From Podarcis cretensis (Eukaryota), in the NCBI GenBank assembly GCA_951804945.1, contig OX638160.1, positions 25,110,001-25,174,000 of the forward strand: a DNA stretch of 64,000 nucleotides, given 5' to 3'. Position 1 is the stretch's first letter, and each line of letters begins with the position of its first letter. The notes below the pieces were generated by a model that did not search any database, was not told the DNA's origin, and saw only the letters and a program-made list of their open reading frames with translations. The position numbers and the translations under genes were made by a program. Below are positions 12,301-24,000 of this stretch, one piece after another.

Positions 12301-15300
12301 TGAACAGCCTTGCCTTAATGCACACCTGGTGGAAGTTTTAAACTAAATTTTTTATAATGCATATACTGTACTGTAGTCACCCAAACAAATAATCTAAAAT
12401 TATACGGACCTCAAAAACTTTAATTCACTAAACTGCATAGCATTATAGTTCTGAAGGGGGAAAAACACTTTATTTTAAAAATGCTGCAAGAAGCATTCCC
12501 TCTTCAAAGATGCTGCCTCTCATCCACGGTTTTTGTAAGTTTGTACAATAATAAATAAATGAGTCAATTAAGTGGAGACTTTTCTAAATATTTTAAATTG
12601 ATTAGTTAACTGGAATACAATAGAAATAACATTCTCTGGAAACTGCACATCTACTAACATGGTTATTAGCAACTTTTTATATGCAAGTCTTTTGATATAC
12701 AAGTAAATAATAATACACCCACATGCACAACACACTGTGCAAGAAGTTCACAGCGTCTATATCCTTCAAACACATAAGCTGTTTTCAACTGTCACTCTAT
12801 AAGAATTTCTGAAATGGAATGCCAGTAGTTAATGTTACTCATACAGTACGAGCATCACTGCCACCTAGTGGTGCAACTGCAAATATTTATGAATGTGACA
12901 AGGATTTTTTTTCCCTGGCAGAAATATCCCAGGATATGATCTGAAGACACATAAAGCCACCACCTTGCTGAAACTAAGCAGATCTGGGTCTGGCCAATGC
13001 CTAGATGGGTGACCAAATGTGGGAACCAACTTGGCTTCCATGACAAAAGAGAGGCAGGATACAAAAATAAGAAAATAAAAATAGAAAATACACAAAACAG
13101 AACACAGCCATTCAAGCTCATAATCCAGAAGGCAAACACTTCACAAAAGACAAGAATTTGATATTAATACACTATGAGAGTAAGCTGGGCCTCATTTAAT
13201 AAAACAAATACAGAAACACTGTTAAAAAAAAAAGGTAAAGGTAAAGGACCCCTGGATGATTAAGTCCAGTCAAAGGCGACTATGGGGTTGTGGCGCTCAT
13301 CTTGCTTTCAGGCCGAAGGAACCGGCATTTGTCCATAGACAGCTTTCTGTGTCCTGTGGCCATCATCACTAAACCGCTTCTGGCACAACGGAACACCGTG
13401 ATAAAAACCAGTATCAGGTATTCAGCATGTAATATTTGGTGGTCTCTGCTAAGAAATGTTTCAACAGAGTTCAAGATATAGGTGTTTTCCTTTCTTTTCT
13501 CAAAAATATTTATGCAGAAAAGTAACACACTGGACTTTTAAGATTTGTAATCTTCCCTTTTTTGTACTTCACCTGTGCAACACTACAAAGGTTTACCTGA
13601 AGTAAGTCTTGCCATTCAATGGGAATTGTTCAGAAATAAGTGTGTTTAGTATTTCTAATAAAGGGTGTGTCTGTGTCCAACTAAGTTCTACTCAGAATGC
13701 ACCCATGGGAATGTTAGCCTTGACATCCATTTCAATGGGTCCACTGCAAGTATGACTAATGCTGAACACAATTCAGGAGAACTGGTTACTGAATACAGGA
13801 GAAGTCAGAACAAGACAGTTTAAGGAAGTCCAGACAGTAGTGTGAACTACTTCTTTAAATTAAGACAGAAAGTGAAGCACAAAGATGGGGAGACACAAGA
13901 AAGCCATTATATTCTGCTTCAAAATCAAAATATTTGAAGTTATTATAATAATCTAATCACATTTTAAAAATGAAGGAAAGCATTAGTATTTGTGTAAGTT
14001 GAAAAAAGTGCTTCCAAGTCTCAAACTGAAAAGTTTTATAAATATTATCATATACCCCTTGTTGGTCTACATTTTTGTACTTACTTCATCAATATAAACT
14101 GGTTCAGGCTCTGGTTCAATTGTTTCAACTTGAACTTCATCACTGAATTGCACGGTTTTCTTCTCGGTTTTCACTGCGGAAATATAAGTTGACAGAATAC
14201 TGAACAGAAACACAAAGTTTTAGACTGAGGAAAAAAAATGTAATCGAGGCATTTTGTTTATAAGGTAAAGGGTAAAGGGACCCCTGACCATTAGGTCCAG
14301 TCGTGGCCAACTCTGGGGTTGCGGTGCTCATCTCGCATTATTGGCCGAGGGAACTGGCGTACAGCTTCCGGGTCATGTGGCCAGCATGACTAAGCCGCTT
14401 CTGGCAAACCAGAGCAGCGCACGGAAAGGCTGTTTACCTTCCTGCCAGACCGGTACCTATTTATCTACTTGCACTTTGACATGCTTTTGAACTGCTAGGT
14501 GGGCAGGAGCAGGGACCGAGCAATGGGAGCTCTCCCCGTCTCGGGGAGATTCAAACTGGCAACCTTCTGATCAGCAAGTCCTAGGCTCTGTGGTTTAACC
14601 CACAGCGCCACCTGCGTCCCTATTTTGTTTATAGTTTATAAACTATTTTGTTTATAGTTCATGACATAAAGGTATTTGGTCTCAATATGATTCTGTGGAA
14701 AAGATCCTGCATCATCACCAGCAAGTGGAAAACACTGTTCACACATGGTGGCAAGAACAACATTTATTTCTGACAGTCACCTCTTATGGTGCCATTCTGA
14801 AAGGACCTCAAACCTTGGGTGGGTGTGACTTTGGGAGTATAATAAATGGGACCTCTGTGCATGAGTGCAGCAGTCATTCAGGATCCAGATTCTAGTCTAT
14901 AGATATTTGTTTATAAGTTTCTGTGTTTTTTAACAAATTATCATCACCATCTTAACATTTGCAAGGTACTTTCAAGTATTCGTAGCACTTCACATGCATT
15001 CTTATAATTTTCATAACAGTCTTGTAAGTTTAAATCGCTATTGCTATCTCCTGCGTTGCAGATGGGGAGATAGGCTCAGAGGGAGTGTGCTGGGTTAACC
15101 AACTAGGGCATGGCAGATTTAAGATTCAGGCCAGTGAGTTGTAACTCAAGTCTCTTCACCGTTATGCTAATATTGAAGTTTTCAATAACTGGAATCTTCC
15201 AAATGGAAAAAAAGAAGAATGAGGGGATCGTTTTCAAAAACGTATTTCTTGAATATTGAAATTACATGCAGTACTGCACATTTAGAATTAAACAAAGGAA

Positions 15301-18027
15301 AGTAGAAGTACCCACCTAACACACACACCAGTAAAGCCAATAGGGGAAAATAAGATTGAAGATAAAATGGGTCATCGTCACATAAGTTTAGACATTCATG
15401 TTTTATTCATATTATACTCAGACTAGGAAGGACTCATGTTTTGGATATCTAGGCATTCTAAACCAAGGGTTGTAGACAACTAAGTCCTACTCACAGCAGA
15501 CCCAATGAAATTACTGGCCTTAAGTTTGTTGCGAATAATAATTTCCATGGGTCTACCCAGAGTAAAACTTACACTGAATACAACCCTAACTTGCCTTTGG
15601 ACTGGCTCTTGGGGATAGAATGCTAATGTAATAAGATTAAGTGAATGGTGGAAGGAGGAGCCTTTTACAAAACCTGTCTGACTTTGCAAGATGGCAAATA
15701 CGATCAGAGATTCCCACACTAAAAAAATTACAAAATACTTTTCTTTGATACTTCATTTCCCCCTGCATCAAGGGATCAGTGAAGGGAATAGGCCATATCT
15801 AGCATAACCCAGGGTATTCTCTTCCAGACAAACGGCATCCTCTTTGCCTATCAGCATTTGTAACAATATTAGAAAATACGTAGAGGCGGGAATCGAGCTT
15901 TCTATTACATGAGTTAGCTTCAGAACTCTCACATAACTAGTCCTTCTGAGAGGGCTAAATTATGAAATTATAAATTATTCTAAGAAGACAAAATTATGAA
16001 AAGTTCCTATCAAATAATAAAGCTAACAATTCAAGAAATAACTATTAAGACTGTTTATAAAATGATATAATCTATGTAGAGGGGGGTGTAAAACAGGGAC
16101 TTGCATTTGATGTATTAAGCTTTAATGTGCTAAAACCACTGCACTTTTCTATGTGAACATTACATTACTCACTCATTTCTGGTTCAGCAGTAAGATCAGC
16201 AGTTACAAAATTAGAAGGAAATAATCCTGTCCCTTGATGTGTTTCACCTTTCCACCAGTTTGGATCACTATAGGTTAGAAATAAAAGAATTAGACATGAA
16301 AGATTGGAAAACATGAGCCTCATAATCTCAGGGTTGTGGGTTCGAGCCCCACATTGGCCAAAAGGATTCCTGCATTGCAGGAGGTTGAACTAGATGATCT
16401 TCATGGTCTCTTCCAACTCTACAAGTCTCTGAGTCTATGCATGTGAGAGGAAGAGTTCAATGGTCAAAAACATTAGGCCAATTCCATCTCTATCCACCCT
16501 GAAGGGCAAATTTCAAGAGGCCCTTTCATTATTCTAGCAACCATTTGGGCCTTTGATTTTTCTTCTGGTTCATTACAGTATGGAAAGAAAGACAAGACAG
16601 GATCCACTTTTATAGGAATGACAACATACTCTCGATCCAATCCAATGAAGTTAAGATCTAAAACTCCTGGGTCTCTTTGGAAGTAAGCATGCAAAAAAAG
16701 GGCTTCAAGATTTATATCACAATCCTGTACAGTTGACAAAATAGAAGCGCTAGTAAATGGAGCTTGCAAGTGTGTCAACTGTGAATTGCAGCTTCACGAG
16801 TTTGCCTGCCCCAAATATCTACTGTGCAAATGTGATTTGTGGACTCCAGCAGATTTACCTGTCATCAAGTACAGTGATAAGTTCTCCAGCTTTAAATGTT
16901 AGTTCATTATCTTCGGCAGCTTCAAAGTCATAAATAGCCCGAACCTTTCGGCCCTCATGCTTGTGATTAGTTAAGAGGCTTGAGGTGCTTGGATAAAGAG
17001 TGGAAAGAGGCGTTTGTTGTTGTCTTTGTTCCTTAAGTGACAATTCAATAGCTGGAAAAAAGTAATAAATCCAACTTAAGTGTAAGCAAAACAAAATAAG
17101 GATTTCTCTCTGAATTTATGCACATGAGGGAAGCCTATGGAACAGCATTGAGGGGATGCTGAAAGCTGCAAAGGGCAGGGGGAATCTGCCATAATACCTC
17201 CCTCTTCCCTCTCTATCAGAATGATACTGTTCTATTCACAGTATGTGGATCCAGCCCATGGGGAGAGGGGTTGAAATCTGGAGCCCCAATCATGAGCTGT
17301 GATCATCTGAAGATTCTGATCAAGCAATAACCAACCTTTAGCTAGATCCTCTTCCTCCTTCTTGTTGGCTACTATTCCAGGATCTTTGGCTACTAGAGCT
17401 GGGCTTGCTTTCGCTTGTTCTGCAGCCTTACAGGAGCAAAGAGGGTAAATGTTATTTGAAAATTCAATGCAATATATTAAATCCGGCATTTGTGGCCATA
17501 TCAGAAATATATTAGTAAAAAAAATCAGCTTCTTTTGAGGAAGGGGCGGGGGAAGCTGACCTTTTAAGAGTTCACCTCTCAGTAATGGTTAGTGGTTGCA
17601 TCAGCGCACGCAAATGAAAAACCTCAAAATGAGCCATGGAACTCATCTCATGTTACATCTGAATTGGCAACTAGAAATCATGGGTAAATTACTGTTGCAG
17701 TATTTTCTTGACAGGTCATAGAACATTTTGTGAATGGTCTGTTAAATTAGCAAGGTGGTATTAGGACAGGGAATGGGGAACCTCTGGCTTGTGGGTTCCC
17801 CATCTGGTTCAACAGCCTTTTCTGTGGCCCTTTGACTTCTCTCCTTGGACCCATTGCTCCCAGATGCTGTAATCTCTGATCAGTGAGGAAGTGGAGGGGG
17901 GCAATCATGGAGAAGCTTACTACACAAGTTTTAGACATCTGAAGGCAGCCCTGTGTCAGGAAGTTTTCAATGTTTGATATTTTATTATGTTTTTATATTC
18001 TGCTGGAAGCCGCCCAGAGTGGACAGG

Positions 18028-18063
<36 letters not shown>

Positions 18064-21000
18064 CACATTCCTCTTCTCCCAGGTCTGTGGCTAATTAAAC
18101 AATCTATGGCCTTTTAAACTTAGAGGGGGGGTCCTGTTTTGTCTGTTATCTATTTCTTTGTTTTTATATTGTGAATTATATTTTATATTCAGCCCTTGGC
18201 TGAATTCAATTATTTGGCAAGCAAGCAAGCAAGCAAACAAACTGATTTACTTTTTAAGCTGTAGTCCCCCAGATACTGCCAGACTACAACTCCCCTACCA
18301 TTGGATATACTGAATGGGGTTGATGGGAATTGCAGGCCAACGACATTGGGAGGCTACAAATTGCCTACCACTGCTTTACAAACACATCCCCTTGCCATGA
18401 AAATAAGCAAGAAAACATGGACTAGTAGCGTGCATCATTATTGCCTTCCAAGATGTAGGCTTGAGCCATTTTCAGATAACAATTTAAACAATTACAAAGG
18501 ATATGAACTTGGAAGCCACGTGGATGTTCTTCATAATGACGGGTAGGGATGACATTTCCACCACTCAAAAATTGAGATTATATGCACTTTCTGAATCATG
18601 TTGCCCACCCATATATTAAATTAATGAGCTCAAACTTATTGCAGTGAAAGCATTTGACATATCAAAGCTCTCATCTTCACTCATGTAAATTAAGGCTGTA
18701 ATCTAGCAACACCATTTTGGCACACAAAAGTGTTTGGACCTTCTTCTCTAACTTTTGCATGGCCACCAAGTTGATTTGGCATTGTAAGGGTCTGCATCAG
18801 AAGACGAAAGTTTTAAAATGAAAAAGAGATGCTTCATGGAGAACAATGACTTGGTGTGCATTTTTATGAACAGTGACATGGGAAAGAATCAACAACATCT
18901 ATATTCAGGAAGCAAAACAGCAGACTGATAATTCGTAGACCTTCTTAGTATTACATCTCACATTAACTACAGTTTTTGCAAATTAGCACTTTACCTGTGA
19001 ACCAATAACTGGAAACATAACACCCTGTTCCTTAAGGTTCTTTATCATTGCAGATATCAGACTAAGCTGGGGATCATTCTTGAATTCGTCTGTCCATTCC
19101 ACCATGAGTGCTTTCAATTTTTCACAGACTTTTGGATGACCCTGTAAAAAGGATAATGCTAATATAGTTTACAAATATATTTATTTGTAAGCAGTCATTT
19201 ATTTATAAGCAGCCATTCTGGACTATGTCCACTGAATGAGGTAAATAAAATACAAGTATAAAAATAATGTAATAAAATCTGAACATAAAAAATTGAAAAA
19301 ACCCTCAAAAAAATCAATTAGCAAAAAACCATTTCCAGAGCCATAGCAACAAAACTAGTCCATGTTAACTGCACTAGTCCATGTTAACTGCACTTGGGTC
19401 TCACTTAAATCAGTTTGATGTAACTTATAATGACTAACTTTTCACACTGACTTCAGTGCTGTTTACTATAACCCTCAAAAAGAAGCACAAATTGTTTTGC
19501 TATGTTTGTTCATATCAACCCCAAACCAGTTTAAAATTTATCCCCCACCTTGTATTCAGATGAAAAGAGGAAAGTGAGATGTCCTGACAAGTATGAGATT
19601 CTGTCTCTGGGAGATCACCCAAACCCACCTAACACTAGTTTGGGCCAGCATTTGACAACAAGAAGTTAAATCAGAAGAAAGAAGGATCTTCTGATTATCT
19701 TGAGGCAGAGGAAGTGTTATAGATTAACAACTTTATCTCAGAAACCACTCTAAAGTCACAAGCAAGAGCCCTGTGGTAACTTAAAAGCTTAACAAATTTA
19801 TGGCACAAGCTTTTGTGGACTGAAGGGCCACAAAATGCTTCTTGTTTTTGTAACAACAGACTTACAAGACTATCCCTCATTTCATCCATATGTATATGAC
19901 TCCATTGCCCAAATGTATTTTACCCCACTTCAGGAATCATTTAACTTGACATAAACAAATTGAAAAGACTCAAAATAGAATACCTTATTTAGCACGTTGC
20001 TTACTTCACTAGCAAAATCTCTTGAACATACTTCTAAATGAAATATTTTACCGCAGTTTGAGACACATGCTCCTAAAAGCTAGAGAGAGAGAGAGAGAGA
20101 GAGATTAGAACTAAAGTATTTTATAGTAGAACATGAAAATTAAGCAAAGATTTTTTTTCCAAAGGCCACGTACGGTCAGCGCTTGCATAGCAACATGGGG
20201 ATCCTTGTGGTTCACTCTCTTCATAATAGACCGAAGACAGTCCTTAGGCCTGATAAATAAGATAAGCAGTTTTTTTAAATATACGGGCATAAACAACAAT
20301 ATGCATTACAACGAAAGGGATGGACACACACAAGAGAGTAAGAGCAAGCTTCTGATTCAGCTACTTGGAAGGTAGCAAACCCTCTCTTAGAAGCTAGCAG
20401 CTAAGGAAAATGTGTTTGAAAATGACTGAGACACTCCATAACACAATTTGCCTGTTTTTCAGTGGCAAGAGTCCCTGTGGCATACCCTCAATGCAATGAT
20501 CCACTTTCTCAAGGGGAAAAAAAACAACTGTGCAAAGAAAATACAGTACTCATTTCTCTCAATGAGATTTTTCCGCTTCCTGACACAAGATTAACCCAGT
20601 GAAAAAGGCAACGGCAAGTAGCTAGTCTTGGTTGCTGGAGACCACAAATAATGACTGGTTCAATGCACTAAGCCAAAATTGGTGTACTTCTATCCTATGT
20701 ATATCCACCTATGGCATCTCAGTCCAGGGAATTTTTGTAGCATGACTTTCCATAACAAATCCTTCAATTTTCTCTAGGCAAGATAAACAGTTAAATTCTG
20801 TATCAAAGTTAGCTCCCTGTAGAACTTGGGACGATTTGCTAGAATCTGGAGTTTCTCAGCACACATAGTGCACCACCTAACTGAAAAATAGCAAGAGATC
20901 AGTCATTTACTGGCCCAGCATCTACAGCAAAGGGGTTGAATGACAAACAACTCAAACAGAAGGATGGATAAACTTAAGATTCAGAGGTTAGGTACAAATG

Positions 21001-24000
21001 CCAATGTTCTAGCCATTCCAGACAGCAGCCTATTTACAGAGGTTTCAGCATCTGAGAAAGTATGAGAAGACACAGGTCACTGTAGAAGACCAGAAGCTAA
21101 CAGACTGTCAGTCAGAGTGTAACTAACTGCTACCAAGAGATATTTTGTATATGAAGGAAATAGATACTGTATTTCTTGAAGTATGGAGTTGCAATTATAC
21201 ATGCCATGTTTTAGTGAGAAACAGGAGTAAATGTAGCCCATCTTCACTACATAATAGAATCTGCTTTTTCAAAAGACTCCAGTGAGGAAATTTAGCTGTT
21301 TCACACAATATTGACTAATGAAACAAACAGCAGCTAACATTTAGATTTCTATCTTTATGAGATTACTTTTTTAAAAAATGTTTGCAGATTTTTTTTTGGG
21401 GGGGGGGTTCCTGATTTCATTTTAACATAAAGCACTGATACCCAGCCACATAAAGGAAGCTGTAGTTTAAGTTACACTGCAGCTTTCAGTAATCTATATT
21501 TGGTGGTGTCTGTTTTACAAACCACTGCTTCATACTTAACACTACTAATTATAGAAAATGCTGTGACATAGCATGGTCACTTCACTCTGTACAAAACTGT
21601 GAACTTGTCTTATTCCAAGAAGCAGCTGCTATCAAGTTTTCTATCAAAATAATTAGGAGGAAAATGAATAAATTACATTTATGAACTCATATGCAAATAA
21701 ATAGGGAAAACTTCAACGAAACTTAAAATACTTATCAATATAACCACAATCAATCAATCAGTTTATTAGGGCATAGACCAGCAGTTTATAATCACAATCT
21801 GTTAACGTAGCACTAAAAACTAGCATTTATGGTGATACTTTAATTAAAATATATGCTCTATTCCATAAGCAGCACATATTTCATTTTCTTGCAGTCAGCA
21901 AACCTGTTGAGTTCAGTTATAAAAATAATATGACATTCAAGGCCTTATATTTAAAGAGTTTATCAAATTATCAACCGGAGTCTCAGATGGCTGTATTTAT
22001 ATGTTTGAAGCTGCCTTGCATTTGACCCTGAAAGGCAACCTAACAATATATTAAATGAAATAAACTGTTATGCTGTAAGGCAAAGTTGATTCATGGAGTG
22101 ACAAGATTTGAAGGGATCTGTTTGCCATCTGTCCAATCTGTAAGCTAAAGGATAATTCTCATATCAACATCCGTCCTTCTCCCCCAACTCCCAGATTGAA
22201 GTAGAACTAAATCCACAGAGCACTTGCAGATAAGAAAAAGTTGATAATTATTAGCTGAAGGGAAATTAGACAGATCATAAGTAATATTCTCACTAAAACT
22301 CCATATAGGGAGACAGTAGCACAGCATTTTAAGGGAGGAATTAGGCAAATCAATCTTCATTTTCAGCATTTGTTTCTTTGAATAATGCAGACACTAGACT
22401 TAGAATTAATTTAGGGTAATTTAATCATGTCAGTAATGATGGGTTTGAGTTACATCCCAAATATTTTGTTTAAAAATTCCTACAATACAGAACTGCAAAT
22501 AAGTTTCAGAACCAAGTTGTAAAGCGCACTACACTCTTACACATGCAGATACTATGACACATTGGTACAGGGGAGAGGAAAATGAGTTGATAAATTACAT
22601 CAATCAGCCAAATGGTTCTGCTAAGATGAGGTGTGTGCTCTAAGCTCTCTTTCTAAAGTGCTTTTAAATGGTATGAGAAATTATTTTTAAAAGAAACACT
22701 TTATCCAACAGGTGACAGTATTTAGATAACTCAGAGGAAAAATTAGATGATAGACTGCTTGATCATTCAGAAAGAAGATTCAAGAAGAGGGCGCTTAATT
22801 TCTGCCCAAAAAAGGTGATGAAACAAGCTTTCAATATCAAACTGATTTCAGCAGTGCATTATACAAATACTGCAAAACACAACATAAAGTCTCTAATGAA
22901 ACTTTTTAGAAAATACTATTTTTTTTTTAATCACATGCATTAATCACATAAGCAATTCTGCTGAAAGCACTCTCCAAATGTCCAGTGCCTTTCAAAAATT
23001 CTAGGGCTATGAATGCAGTGTACATAACTTGGCATTAACACATTTAGTTTTCTAGTTTTCCCACAGGTGTTATGCAGTTTGATCTTATCTAGTTTTATTT
23101 ATGCTTCTTCCAAATAAAATAACGAAGTGTTTCAAACAAGAAATGTATACTTACCCAGTTCGTGACTGTCCAACTTTATCACAAATATCTAAGATGAGCC
23201 CCCAGTCTTCAGCAGTATTCATTTCACTAGTTGCTTTTTCTAAGTGACACAAAAATGCTTGGAGTGAACTTTATCAAGTAAGTGAAACTTCAGTATCAAC
23301 TCTAAATAGAAATGCATCAAAACGGATATGGTCATCCTACTCTGAATTATGTTGACACATTCCTAGATGCAGCCCTAATGTAGCATTGTATAAAATTCAG
23401 GATGAAACAAAGCAATATATGAACTCTGAAGAAAACATAGCACACTTGTAGTTCTGAGGGTGTGAACATGTTCAATAGCAGCATCTCATTACTCAAGACA
23501 TTAGCACATTGGTTTGTCAAGTCAACACATTTCTGCTGCAGCCGCTCCAGCAGATCCTGCAAGCCAATAATAATCACCTACACTATCATGTACTTGCTTG
23601 AACTTTGCCTTGAAATGTAGCTCAAAAACACCATTCCTCTGAATTATAGTCAGACCCAAAGGTGGGGCTAGGAAGATCTGAAACAAGTTAGAACAGGCCA
23701 ATTCAGATTGGGATTTACCACCTCACCACCCACTGTGTAATACCTCTGCTGCTACCAGCCCTTCCTTCTTTCCAGATCTAACCTTTACAACAGAGTTGAA
23801 GGACCTGTGGCCCTCCAGATGTTGGGACTCCCACCATTTCTGGCTCAGGCTTATGAGCATTAAGAAGTCATCAACATCTTAATTAAGGGGTCTCCATCAC
23901 TGCCTTACAAGCAGGGACAGCAATGGGGAGCAGCTCTCAGCAATGGAGGCCTCAGGCAAGGCTTGAAACTCTCTACTTCCAGGAGTCCTCCATACTGTCA

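Noticed and set aside
12965-13030. 5S rRNA gene
   Set aside because: Only a partial, diverged match with a non-5S tail; treated as a SINE remnant.
19354-19394. 19-bp tandem duplication (similar 15-bp one at ~1298-1328)
   Set aside because: Ordinary slippage duplications with no functional context.
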